Origin: Candidatus Bathyarchaeota archaeon
GTDB taxonomy: Archaea > Thermoproteota > Bathyarchaeia > Bathyarchaeales > Bathycorpusculaceae
Direction: 5' to 3'
Assembly: GCA_963806535.1 (NCBI GenBank)
Contig: CAWDYC010000008.1
Coordinates: 32,001 to 96,000, forward strand
DNA length: 64,000 nt
Shown: positions 44,383 to 55,236 of the stretch, piece by piece
How the letters are laid out: the number at the start of each line of letters is the position of its first letter
Numbering within the stretch: the first letter of the stretch is position 1
Notes under the pieces: generated by a model
What the model was told of the DNA's origin: nothing
The model's database searches: none
Seen by the model: the letters and a program-made list of their open reading frames with translations, nothing else
Position numbers and translations under genes: made by a program

Positions 44383-44994
44383 TTGTTGATCCTCACAATG
44401 ATTAACACATTTTATTTGCATTTGGAATTCACAAACAAAAACGGCGATTGGTCCGTTAATTTGCCTTTTTTGTGCACAAAATGTGGCGCATGTTGCTTGC
44501 TAGAGGATTTCTTGTGTGCTGGAGAAATAAACTCCAAACCTGAAGAGCACCTTGAAGTTCATGCCAAAGTAAAAACGCTATTTGAAGAGCTAGGCAAAAT
44601 GTGGGAAGCAGATCATTCAAAATACGACGACTACATCGCGCATACCCTATGTCCATTCCTAGATAACCATGCATGCTCCATCTACAAAATCAGACCTGAC
44701 GGCTGCCGACTTTTCCCAAAAACCGCATTTGGCATGGAAACTCAAGACTGTCCGTCTCTTACCCAATTCAGAAAACAACGTGCAGCGCTGATAAAGAGGA
44801 AAGCTCATAAAGAAACCTACTATTTCATTGGCTCAAACAAAAGTGATGACTCTATAAAGACTACAAAGTTCACTGAAAAGCAATACCGCACTTGCATTGT
44901 CAAAGTACGCCAAGCTGGAATAACAATTGATGAGCAATCTCTGTTTGAATATTTCAATGGAAAAAAGGCAGTTCTTAAAATTTTGAAGAAATAG
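44383..44994 (+). CDS. YkgJ/CxxCxxCC Cys-cluster protein
   Basis: CTKCGACC, CPFL...CSIY..RP..CRLFP; true start probably near 44449. Confidence 0.82.
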   Translation: MLILTMINTFYLHLEFTNKNGDWSVNLPFLCTKCGACCLLEDFLCAGEINSKPEEHLEVHAKVKTLFEELGKMWEADHSKYDDYIAHTLCPFLDNHACSIYKIRPDGCRLFPKTAFGMETQDCPSLTQFRKQRAALIKRKAHKETYYFIGSNKSDDSIKTTKFTEKQYRTCIVKVRQAGITIDEQSLFEYFNGKKAVLKILKK

Positions 44995-45170
44995 ATTTCA
45001 AACCCTAAAAAGAAATTAATTAGTATGCATTATTGCGAAATATCTTAAAAAATATTGAGTGCTGAGTGTGGGTAGCTGCCTCACATGCGTTTGATCCTTC
45101 GCATTCTGGCGGCATCACTTAACACTTTTCCTTTTGATAGCTATCAGTTATTAGATTCACCAAAAGCCAT

Positions 45171-45857
45171 ATGTGTGTTTTGTGTGCAATATTATTGCAG
45201 TGTGTTGCATATATGTCAATAGATTTGAGGTTTTGGGACATAGTAGAGTTTAAACCAAATAAAAGTGAAACCATTGTTCTAGACACGCTAGGAAAAATAA
45301 AATATGGCAATGCATATCAGATTTGGAAAAGTTCAGGCTTAAAATATTATCCCACCGTTTTACGCACTATTAAGAAACTGCAGAAAAGAAAACTTGTAGG
45401 CACGATTGAGAAAAGAAGCGGATTGCATGGGGAGACTTTATTTTCTTCCACAATTCAAGGAATTTTAGTTTATTACGTATTTAATAACAAAGATGAATCG
45501 ATATTTCAACTAATGAAAGAAGAGTCGGGGTTATTTAATCAATTAAGTAAATTACCAATTGCCAAAGAAATTGCTCTTGATGCTGCGAAAGATATTATTC
45601 TAAATTCCAAGAAAAATTCTGAAGTTTACATTGATGACGCCATTAAGTCAGTAAGCAATGATTTAATTCATAATGATGTTTTTGAATATATTTTTAATAG
45701 CAATAAGGATTCACTGTCAAAAATTCTGGAGCTTTCAAAAATTGAAGGGCTGAAACCAATTGTATTGAAAAACATAGAAGATGAAAAAAACGGAATTGCT
45801 ATAGCTCTTAAGAACCTCAATGAATTAAAAACTTTATTGAATTTGACTGGATATTAA
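45171..45857 (+). CDS. hypothetical protein with N-terminal wHTH, AT-rich
   Basis: YQIWK...YPTVLRTIKKL..RKLV. Confidence 0.6.
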   Translation: MCVLCAILLQCVAYMSIDLRFWDIVEFKPNKSETIVLDTLGKIKYGNAYQIWKSSGLKYYPTVLRTIKKLQKRKLVGTIEKRSGLHGETLFSSTIQGILVYYVFNNKDESIFQLMKEESGLFNQLSKLPIAKEIALDAAKDIILNSKKNSEVYIDDAIKSVSNDLIHNDVFEYIFNSNKDSLSKILELSKIEGLKPIVLKNIEDEKNGIAIALKNLNELKTLLNLTGY

Positions 45858-45864
45858 TCAATGA

Positions 45865-46671
45865 TTATACATTGGGTTTGTGTGCTTCTACTTCTATGCG
45901 CATCATTCCAACATGAACAACGCCTTCATTGTCCGAAGGATGTCGTTCAATGTAGCAGTTAACGATTAATTCGACGAATTTTGGTCTAAGCTCTATCGGT
46001 ATCCTGTCAGTGAACGGTAGCCAAGTAGTCCTTACCCATCCAGCTAAGCCTTCTGCACCGTTAAACTTCATATCTTTAGGAAACAACTCAATCCGTTCAG
46101 CCAACAGACCCGCCTGCTGCATAAACGTTGTATATTCTTCGGCATCGTAGAAGCCATAGGGAAAAGCCATATTGCCAAAAAAGCTTTTCCAAGGCTCAAC
46201 AGCCAATAGTTCGTTTATGAGGCTAAGTATGTCTTTGGCGTTGCCTTTGCCAGCCATTTGAAAAAGCATTCTTCCGCCCGGCTTTAAGCTTCTTTGTACG
46301 CCTGTAAGAACTGCATTTTGGTCAACAATCCAGTGTAGCGCAGCATTAGAAAAAACAATATCGAATTCCGATTTGAAAGTTAATTTTCGGGCGTCCATAA
46401 CTTGGAAACAAAGGTTTGGGTAGTCTTTTTGTGGGAACGCTTTTTTTGCTAAATCTATCATTTTTTCTGAGCTGTCGATGCCGACTGCCCTGCCTTTGGG
46501 TAGACATCTTGCAAGTTCTGCCGTGATTTTGCCGTTGCCGCAGCCAATATCCAGCAGGGCTTCGTTTCCTTGGAGATTTAGTTTTGGAATTAATTCTTGG
46601 GCCCATTGGAACTGGTTTTGGCTATTTTTAGCGTAATCTTGAGCGTTCCAGTTATAACCGATATGCGCCAT
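45865..46671 (-). CDS. SAM methyltransferase (Tam-like)
   Basis: LLDIGCGNG, FSNAALHW, LKPGG. Confidence 0.88.
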   Translation of the reverse strand: MAHIGYNWNAQDYAKNSQNQFQWAQELIPKLNLQGNEALLDIGCGNGKITAELARCLPKGRAVGIDSSEKMIDLAKKAFPQKDYPNLCFQVMDARKLTFKSEFDIVFSNAALHWIVDQNAVLTGVQRSLKPGGRMLFQMAGKGNAKDILSLINELLAVEPWKSFFGNMAFPYGFYDAEEYTTFMQQAGLLAERIELFPKDMKFNGAEGLAGWVRTTWLPFTDRIPIELRPKFVELIVNCYIERHPSDNEGVVHVGMMRIEVEAHKPNV

Positions 46672-46681
46672 TCTTTAGCAC

Positions 46682-47233
46682 TTACTTGAAAGTTAACTGG
46701 GAAACCGAGTAGTAAACGATTTCGCCTCTGCGGTTCATGACGGCTAAGGTTAGCTCTTTCTTTTGGTTTTGACTCTGTTGCACTGCTCCAGCTAACTCGT
46801 CTATACCGAGAGGTTTGCCTTCTTGCATACTTAAAACCAAGTAAGGTGCTGTATCTTTGCCGTAGGCTCCTCGCTCGTACATTCGAAAATCAATTCCCGC
46901 CCCGAAACCTTCCCTCGCAACGTATCCGCGGCTTCTGAGGTCACGGTAAACCATGTAGCTAACCCATGCATTATCATTTTGTGCTTCGTAGCAGTGAAGT
47001 AAGGTTTGGAAATCAGCGACTTTGCAATTTTCATCTTTGACTTCAAGCATGCCTTTATCCATAAGGTACAGAGATTCAAAAAAGGTAAGAGTGAAAACTT
47101 TGTCTTCTAAAGTGCCATATCCACGTGTGATAAGTGCATCAATGCTGCTCTGCTCAACCACGATAACCCCTTTTTTTGCTAAGGTGCCGCTGGTTCTGAA
47201 TTCTGGAGGCTGGTTCTTTTTGTTTTCGCTCAT
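46682..47233 (-). CDS. endA: tRNA splicing endonuclease subunit, probably non-catalytic/structural
   Basis: L...ESLYL, VYRDLRSRGY, G.DFR.Y, GEIVYY; catalytic Tyr and His not evident. Confidence 0.8.
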   Translation of the reverse strand: MSENKKNQPPEFRTSGTLAKKGVIVVEQSSIDALITRGYGTLEDKVFTLTFFESLYLMDKGMLEVKDENCKVADFQTLLHCYEAQNDNAWVSYMVYRDLRSRGYVAREGFGAGIDFRMYERGAYGKDTAPYLVLSMQEGKPLGIDELAGAVQQSQNQKKELTLAVMNRRGEIVYYSVSQLTFK

Positions 47234-47390
47234 CAGTTAAATCAACCGTAATACGTCCATTTTGGGTTTGTTAACTCTTTAACGTTTCCCAGCCGAATTT
47301 TCATTTTTTATCATTTATTGAAAATAAGAGACATGATAGTTTGCTCTAATTTGATGGGAATTTTTGTGTAATTAGGTAACAACTTATCGC

Positions 47391-47873
47391 TTATACTGAT
47401 TCGGAGACTTCTTTAGCCCATTTCCTTGCAGCGCTTAGTTCTTCGGTATTTGGGTGGCCATTCGCATTATGCCCTATGAGACGGGAAATGCCGCGAGTCA
47501 TGAATGTATGTCCTTCACCTTGGCATTCATAGCAGCTTTCAAGTGTTCTTTGACCTTTCGCTTCAATTGCCGTTTTTATTTTGTCAAAGGCAGGTTTATC
47601 GCTTGTTCCACGACCAAACCAAGTCATAAAAACCGCAAATTGCCTGCTGTTAGTTAGATTTATTTCATTAAGGTAGTTAAGCATATCAGCATTCGGCTTA
47701 GCTGCATAAACACCAGTTCCAACAAAAACCAACTCAAAATCGTTCAAGTCCAAGATCGATGAATCAAAATCCTTGTTTATCTTTACACATTGGCAGTTTA
47801 GCTCAGAAGAAATTTCTTTAGCAATTTTCTCAGTGTTGCCTCCTTTAGAAGAAAAAAGAACAATTGTTTTCAC
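47391..47873 (-). CDS. flavodoxin-like protein
   Basis: SSKGGNTEKIA, GTGVY, GHP...L..A..WA. Confidence 0.85.
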   Translation of the reverse strand: MKTIVLFSSKGGNTEKIAKEISSELNCQCVKINKDFDSSILDLNDFELVFVGTGVYAAKPNADMLNYLNEINLTNSRQFAVFMTWFGRGTSDKPAFDKIKTAIEAKGQRTLESCYECQGEGHTFMTRGISRLIGHNANGHPNTEELSAARKWAKEVSESV

Positions 47874-48053
47874 AACTCTAACCTCATCGTCTGTTTGTAT
47901 TTATTTGCTAAAAAGCCTTTGCATCAGATAAGAATTGCATAAAGAAACTTATTACTCAAACGGAAAAAAATTCATCTTCTTAAGGTATGAAAACAGGTCT
48001 CTAAACATTGTTTGCGATTTCTACAAAAGAATAGGAAAGGAAGGCTTAAACTA

Positions 48054-49082
48054 CTATTTTTTGAATGATTCGAAGTCTTTGCTGTAGTAAACGTGGGTTT
48101 CGCAGATTATGGCTGACACGTATTTTAACGGTGTTATGTCGAAGGCGGGGTTCATAACGTTGACTCCGTCTGGAGCAATCTGCACTGAGCCGATGTGTGT
48201 GACTTCTTCCGGTTTGCGCTCTTCAATAATTACGTCTGCGGCTTTGTGTGCGAGGTCGAAGGTGGATTTTGGTGCTGCAACATAGAACGGTATGCCATGT
48301 TCATGCGCAAGGACTGCCACTGAGTAAGTGCCGATCTTGTTAACCACCCCATCTTGAACTATGCGGTCAGAGCCAACAATAACTTTGTCAACAAGCCCTT
48401 TGCTCATAACGTAGCCCGCCATATTGTCCGTAATAAGCGTAACAGGAATGCCATCGCGTTTAAGCTCGTAAGTCGTAAGCCTAGCACCCTGCAAAAGCGG
48501 ACGGGTTTCGTCAGCGATAACTTTAATTTTTTTGCCTTGCTCGCAAGCCGCTCGAACCACACCCAATGCTGTGCCGTATTCCACAGTCGCAAGTTCGCCT
48601 GCGTTACAGTGAGTCAAAATTGTATCGCCGTCATCTATGAGAACTGAACCGTTTTTGCCGATTGCCCGGTTCTGAGCTGCATCTTCATCGGCTATCTTCT
48701 GAGCTTCCTCAACGATGGCTGTTTTAAGCCCTTCCATATTTCCTGAGTAGGCTTGGGCTTTGTTTAGGACTCGGTCTACTCCCCAAAACAGGTTCACAGC
48801 TGTGGGTCGTTGACGTTTGATAATTGAGCCGGCAGCTTCCAATTCTGATAGCAGTTTCTTTTTGGTTTTTGCTTTTGAATGGTAAGCTGCTAATGCAACG
48901 CCAAAGCCAGCAGCTGCACCCAGCAGAGGAGCACCCCTGACGCGGAGGGTTTTAATGGCTTCAGCCATCTGCTTAACCGTTTTAATTTCCAAAGTCACTT
49001 CTTGGAGAGGAAGTTTGGTTTGATCCGGTGTTATTACTGTGCCGTTTTGCCACTTAATCATCCGCATTTTGATGTTCCCCAA
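48054..49082 (-). CDS. mtnA: S-methyl-5-thioribose-1-phosphate isomerase
   Basis: VRGAP, RPTAVNL, THCNAG.LAT..YGTA, ETRPLLQGARLT, NKIGT. Confidence 0.92.
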   Translation of the reverse strand: MGNIKMRMIKWQNGTVITPDQTKLPLQEVTLEIKTVKQMAEAIKTLRVRGAPLLGAAAGFGVALAAYHSKAKTKKKLLSELEAAGSIIKRQRPTAVNLFWGVDRVLNKAQAYSGNMEGLKTAIVEEAQKIADEDAAQNRAIGKNGSVLIDDGDTILTHCNAGELATVEYGTALGVVRAACEQGKKIKVIADETRPLLQGARLTTYELKRDGIPVTLITDNMAGYVMSKGLVDKVIVGSDRIVQDGVVNKIGTYSVAVLAHEHGIPFYVAAPKSTFDLAHKAADVIIEERKPEEVTHIGSVQIAPDGVNVMNPAFDITPLKYVSAIICETHVYYSKDFESFKK

Positions 49083-49185
49083 CGTTGTTATTATGCTTAG
49101 TCAATTATGGTTCTGTTTAATATTTCGGCAGTTTTAAGAAAAAACTTCATGTTCGACATAATCATGTTTTTCTTCATTTTTGTAA

Positions 49186-49750
49186 TTTGTGTTTTGGATT
49201 GCTTTTTTGCTTTGGGTATTGATTCGTTTGCAGGTTGCGTCTTTAAATGTGAGAAAATGTGAGGATCTGTAAAAATCTGTAAAAAAATGTGAGAAAAAGG
49301 AAGAAAAAGGAAGAGATAGGCCGGTCTATTGCTTCCTGGAAGTTGTGACGGTTTTTTGGCAGTGTTTTTTCTTTGTGTTTTGAGCTTCTTTTTTGTTTCA
49401 AAGCTTGATTTCTCTGCAGGCTGCGTCTTTATCCCTCTCTACCCGCCTCCCTCCGTCTGTGTCCGTCTCCTTGTGTCCCAAAGGGCTATTGACAGATTTT
49501 TTGGCAGGGATTTTTCTTTGCGTTTTAGATTGCTTTTTTGTTTTGGGGCTTAGTTTGGTTGCAGGTTGATACATTTTTTGACAATATTTGACATTTAGAA
49601 GTTTAGGTCTAGCTAGAAAGAGAAGTTTTAGAAAATGTTTTCAACGTAAAAAACATCAGTTTGTTTTGAGTTGTTTTTTTGAAATAAAACTTAAATCTTC
49701 TACAGGTCGTGTCTAGATTCGTCCCAAAAAGTCCCAAAATGCTTAGAATT
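49186..49750 (+). repeat. tandem array of 4 units, each a conserved T-rich core ending CAGG(T/C) plus a variable 10-bp-periodic tract
   Basis: CAGG anchors at 49231, 49417, 49562 and 49703; tracts read in 10-bp register. Confidence 0.85.
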
Positions 49751-49781
49751 AAAGATAAAAATGTCAATCAAAATTTTGGTG

Positions 49782-51118
49782 TCAATTACCTCTGAAAAAA
49801 TCTGTGATTTTCTTTTGGAAAAGAGCTTTCTTCAACAATTCACTCTGCCTTATCCACCGGTGAATTGGAATCTCAAACCTGCCAGCAATGAACTGCAAAG
49901 ATTCAGCCAAGCTTTTGAAAAGATAAGGTTTTTGACGCATAGCATTCCTAACATTTTCACGTACCTGCCAAACGCCAATTGGCATGATGTAACCGGGTCT
50001 TGCCTCCCTTAGCACAATAACAGTGGCTTGGCGCCGTTCCCGAACCAATTGTTCGCAAGTAGCCAACCGCGCCGAATAGTAGCAGCCGCCAATCAGAGCA
50101 TATGTAGTTCGTCCACTGTTACCTTCCCAATCAGAAAAGATTGCGATGTTTTTTCCAGTCGGATTCCAAGTTGTGCCTGGAAACCAGGCTTCCATAGATT
50201 CGTAACTCCATTGCTGCGGAATCATTAAAATCTCAAAAACATTATCCATATAGACGGATTCGTAAACCCTGAATTCGTTGATTTCAGGAAAAGTCTTCAC
50301 TTGTTCTCTTAGGTTTTTGGATATGATGTCATCAACAGCAGTAATGCTCCAGCGAGTAGGAACAAGCTTCCTGTTTTTTTCAATACCAAAAGCGCCAACG
50401 CTGAAGGCTTTCTGAATTTTTGAAACCACAACGCCTCGATTAAAAAGTTCCAAAACTGCCTGCGTCGCCTTCAAATCAGTATCGTAATATGCTTTCTCAA
50501 TTTTATCATCGTACCTTGAATTGCCGACATGCAAGTCTCGAATTGGCGCTGAAGGACCAAATGGTTGAATATCATCGTCAAGAAAAATTGAGCCTCTTGG
50601 TTTTTTGGTGAGGTTCAATTCAATGTCTACACTGCTGTCGGCGAGGGCTAATTCACGTGTTTGATCTAAGATTTTGCCGCATCCGTGAATTTTTGCACGT
50701 TAACTCTATGTTTGCCACGTACAAGCAAACTACGGAAACCTACAATTTCATCCATGGATTTTCCAAACCAATGCTCGGGTAAATCGTAAATGCTTGTATC
50801 CTCATGAACCGGGGGCACGAGTGGTCCAGCGTAAACATTTGGGTATCCGATTCTTCCGATAAAAACGCTTGGCGGAGACATACCAGCAATATCCTCACCC
50901 ATTAATGGCACGCTTTTGAGGAAATAGTTGACTTTTAGCATTATTGAACAACGAGTTTTTCCGCAGAGAAAACGTGCACCTTTACATAAGACACATAAGC
51001 TGTCTTGTCGGCTTCGAGTAACAATTTGGTTTTCGTCAAAGCCGCTGTGACTTTTTAAGATGTCTTTTAACCAATTGTCTGAGCCGCGAATGTTTGAAAG
51101 TGAAGTTGTGGAAGTCAT
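49782..51118 (-). CDS. nre: Nre family DNA repair protein, frameshifted
   Basis: C..CKG...LCG...C, SPPSVFIGR.GYP, LVPTRWSITAVD, GGCYY, GVWQVRE, C-terminal PIP box QKKITDFF. Confidence 0.9.
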
Positions 51119-51201
51119 GTTACACTTTCATGATGATTATGACGGCTTGATATGTTTTTCCACCAAGTTTAACGCAATAAACCAGACATTTTGCCTTTAA
51201 A

Positions 51202-51786
51202 TTATCGTCCTTTGCCAGTGGTTAGCATCCGTGACTTCCTAATTGCTTTTCTAACTGGCGGTGGCAACATCGTTTTAACAACATCGGCTGTCTTCCAAAG
51301 TCTAAAAAGCCCTGGAGGCGCTAGGCTTGCATCTACGATTTTTAGGTTCCCATTTACGTTTCGAATATTGTCGCACGTTATGTCCAACAGACCATATTTA
51401 TTGGCAATAGCTTTAAGCTGGACTAAACCTTCAGCCGAAGCCTCTGCTTCGACACCGTATTCTTGCAAGAGACAATACTTAGTGTGCCAAAAGACCCTGG
51501 CGAAATAAATTTGCCTTAAGTTTGCTGGAAGTTGCTTGTACGCTTTATGATCCAATTCTATGGCTTGGGCTTTTCCAGTCTTTAATGCTAACTCGTGACT
51601 TTTATGCTGGATGTGAAAAACAAGTTTATGTAAACCAAAGTTTACCAAAACAGCGTCGGGAAAAGCTGTCGTAATAATCTTTTCCAAGTTGTTCATTGGA
51701 ACAAAACTGGTTCTTTTTGCCTCTATGTAAGCATCTATTAAATTGTCTACAAGCCTTGCTTTTTCATGCAAGGATTTGAATTTCAC
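51202..51786 (-). CDS. minimal protein-kinase-like fold protein
   Basis: G..K.VF...LALK, LLQEY, DITCDNI, KIVD. Confidence 0.5.
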   Translation of the reverse strand: MKFKSLHEKARLVDNLIDAYIEAKRTSFVPMNNLEKIITTAFPDAVLVNFGLHKLVFHIQHKSHELALKTGKAQAIELDHKAYKQLPANLRQIYFARVFWHTKYCLLQEYGVEAEASAEGLVQLKAIANKYGLLDITCDNIRNVNGNLKIVDASLAPPGLFRLWKTADVVKTMLPPPVRKAIRKSRMLTTGKGR

Positions 51787-51829
51787 ATTCTATAGAGAGC
51801 GGTTTCTGGTTGAATTAGCTTTGTGACTG

Positions 51830-52459
51830 TTAAAACACAACAACAGTAGATAAGGAAATCAAAAAAATGAAGAAATATTCTGAGAGCGAAATCAACCTTT
51901 TTTGGTAAACAATAAAATGCCATAGTTCTTGTAAGGCAATAAGCTTTTCAAGTTTAAAATTTACGGCTTCAATTTCAGCCTTCAATTTGTCTGGATTTTG
52001 AACTGGCGCCCCAGGAAAGATACCCTTCTTTATAATTTCTACAATTACCAACTTTCCCTCTTGCTTCAAGACTCTGCCAAACTCTTTCAAAACAACTTCG
52101 TTATCACCGACCTCATGATAAACCGTGACAAGAAGAATCATGTCAACAAGCCCTCTTTCAAGCTGAAGACTTTTTCCGTCGCTTTGCAAAAACTCAATAT
52201 TTTTCACTCCTGCTTTCTCGGCTTTTCTTTGGGCTTTTTTAAGCATCTCAGGCGAAAGATCAACTGCCACAACCTTTTTTGCTTTTTTTGCAAGCTCTAT
52301 CGTATAGTAGCCTGGTCCGCATCCAAAATCCACAACTACATCGGTTGGGTTTATGGCAAGTTTTTCTACAAGTTCAGTGGGCGGTTGAATTAACCGTCTT
52401 ATCGGATTATCCAAAAAGATGGCGCCCGACGCTGAATAGGCTTCTCCTTTATGTGACAT
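51830..52459 (-). CDS. class I SAM methyltransferase, C-terminal frameshift
   Basis: VDFGCGPG, AVDLS, YHE, RVLK..G. Confidence 0.88.
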   Translation of the reverse strand: MSHKGEAYSASGAIFLDNPIRRLIQPPTELVEKLAINPTDVVVDFGCGPGYYTIELAKKAKKVVAVDLSPEMLKKAQRKAEKAGVKNIEFLQSDGKSLQLERGLVDMILLVTVYHEVGDNEVVLKEFGRVLKQEGKLVIVEIIKKGIFPGAPVQNPDKLKAEIEAVNFKLEKLIALQELWHFIVYQKRLISLSEYFFIFLISLSTVVVF

Positions 52460-52598
52460 TTTTTTGATTCTCCATTAAACTGAAGTTATATTCAATAGCC
52501 GCTATTTCTTAAAGAATATGCTTAGTTTGAAGTTCCAGCAATTTGTCCAAGCGCTTAATGTTTAATAGTTGCTCGGTAAACTATCTTTTTGACAACTC

Positions 52599-55236
52599 GT
52601 GTTGTTGATTTTATGGCGGAAAACCAAGAAGTTCTTATCTAAACCTGCTGATGAAGTTTTAGCACAACTCAAAACATCCCAGTCAGGTTTATCTGCTCAA
52701 GAAGTTCAGCGCCGCCTTGCAACGTACGGACCCAACGAGTTAGCTGAAAAACAAAAACGAACTGGATTTGTTGAAATTCTTTATCACTTGAGAAATCCGC
52801 TTGTTCTTATCCTTTTGATTGCGGGCTTAGTCTCAGGGTTTGTTGGGGACACAACAGACGCAGTTATTATTTTCTTCATAGTTCTTCTGAGCATCATACT
52901 TGACGTTTATCAAGAATCAAAAGCCCAGAACGCTGCTGAAGCACTTAAAGAAAGAGTAACCACAAAGGCAACAGTTCTTAGAGACGGCGTTAAACAAGAT
53001 GTGAAACTTTCCGAAGTTGTCCCAGGTGACATCGTGTATCTTATCGCAGGAGATCTTGTTCCAGCCGATGCCCGATTAATCAGCGCGAAAGATTTGAACC
53101 TTAATCAGTCAGCGTTAACGGGCGAAGCGTTTCCAGTTGAAAAGAACGCAAATCCATTGTCAACTGTAACATCTGAGATGACAGGGTGGAATAACTATGT
53201 TTTCTTGGGAACCTCAGTAGTCAGTGGAACAGGAACAGCAGTTGTCGTCAAGACGGGAAAATTAACAGAATACGGAAAAATCGCAAAAGCACTCACATCG
53301 AAGGCACCTGAAACCGAGTTTGAAAAAGGGCTACGCCGCTTCGGAGCTTTAATGACTGAAGTAACGCTTTTCCTTGTCGTTTTCGTGTTTTTTGTAAACG
53401 CATTTTTCTATTCAGGCAGCCGAACAATTCTGGAATCGCTGCTTTTTGCAGTAGCTCTTGCGGTTGGCTTAACACCTGAGCTTCTGCCAATGATAATGTC
53501 CATCAACCTATCCAGAGGAGCCGTCGCAATGTCCAAAAAAGGTGTTATCGTAAAACGCTTGGCATCCATCCAAAACTTTGGCAACATGGACGTTTTATGC
53601 ACTGATAAAACAGGAACTCTCACGGAGAATAAACTTACTCTAAATGATGCCGAGGATTTAGAGGGAAAAGAAGCACAGAAAGTATTGATGTATGGCTACT
53701 TTAACTGTGTTTTTGAAACAGGATTGAAAAGTCCTCTCGACGATGCCGTGCTTCAGTACAAGCAGTTTGATGTTACTGGAATCAACAAAATTGATGAGAT
53801 CCCCTTTGATTTTATCCGTCGGCGCGTTTCGGTTGTGGTTGAATATGAAGGGCAGAGGCTAATTATTTCCAAAGGTGCAGCAGAAGAAATCCTAAAAATC
53901 TGTACCTTCTGCGAAACAGACGAAAAGTTAACTGATTTTACAAATGTTTGCCAAGGCCAGTATGAGCAACAATACAATGATCTCAGCGCTAAGGGATACA
54001 GAGTTTTAGCGGTCGCGTACAAGAAAGTCACAGATGATAAAACACATTACTCAATTGGCGACGAAACACGACATGGTTTTTCTTGGGTTTCTATCTTTTT
54101 CTGACCCGCCTAAAGAAAGCGCAAAGGAAGCTATCAGTTTGCTCGCCCGAGATGGCGTGGAACTCAAAATAGTTACCGGGGACAACGAGCTAGTTACAAA
54201 AACTGTTTGCGAGCAACTTGGCTTTGCTATAAAAGGAGTTGTTACAGGAAACCAAATCGCTCTGCTCCAAGACGATGCTCTGTCGCGAGTTGTTGAGGAG
54301 AACAACATTTTTGCCCGTGTAAACCCCGCTCAAAAAGATAGAGTGATTAGCGCCCTTAGGGCTAACGGTCATGTAGTAGGGTACATGGGTGACGGAATCA
54401 ACGATGCACCCTCTTTGAAAACTGCCGACGTAGGCATATCAGTTGAAAACGCAGTTGATGTTGCGAAAGAATCTGCCGACCTCATCCTGTTGAAACCTGA
54501 CTTAAACGTGCTTGACCAAGGCGTTTTGGAAGGCCGAAAAACCTTCGGCAACACAATGAAATACATTATGATGGGTGTCAGCTCAAACTTTGGCACAATG
54601 TTTAGTGTTGCTGGAGCATCCCTGTTTTTGAGTTTTCTGCCTATGACAGCGATTCAGATTCTCCTAAACAACCTTTTGTACGATCTTTCTGAAGCAACTA
54701 TACCAACCGACAACGTTGACGATGAGTATATTCAGAAACCGAAAAAACTGGACATCTCATACATAAGAAGGTTCATGGTTGTTATGGGACCAGTAAGTTC
54801 GATTTTTGATTATTTGACATTTTTCTTGTTACTGTTCGTCTTTATGCCTATGTTGCCAGATGTTGTTCCTGAACTTCAAAGACAAAGCATTTTTCAAACT
54901 GCATGGTTCATGGAGTCACTTATAACGCAAACACTGGTAGTTTTCGTGTTAAGAACAAGAAAAACGCCGTTTTGGAAAAGCAAACCAGGCAAATATTTGG
55001 TGATTAGCAGCTTAGCCGTTGTCGCAGTTGCTTTCGCCTTGCCTTACACGCCACTTGGCGCCATATTTGGGTTTACTCCTCCGCCTGCAACATTCTACCT
55101 GGCTTTGGTGGGGATAATAGCGGGCTATTTGTTCTTAGTTGAGGTTGTTAAGAAATGGTTCCTGAAACGATACTCTTACCGCTTAGAACAAATTTATGCG
55201 CCGAAAAAACGAAACGGAAGCGCGAAAACACCTTAA
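52599..55236 (+). CDS. mgtA: Mg2+-translocating P-type ATPase, frameshift near 54070
   Basis: LTGE, AVGLTPELLP, DKTGTLT, KGA.EE, TGDN, GDGINDAP, QILLNNLLYD. Confidence 0.93.

Noticed and set aside
49329-49553. 74-aa ORF inside the repeat array
   Set aside because: Low-complexity translation of T-rich repeat cores; a 10-bp period is not codon-compatible.
49186-49750. CRISPR array interpretation
   Set aside because: Repeats are long and degenerate, unit lengths vary (186, 145, 141 bp), the spacers are internally periodic, and there are no cas genes in the window.
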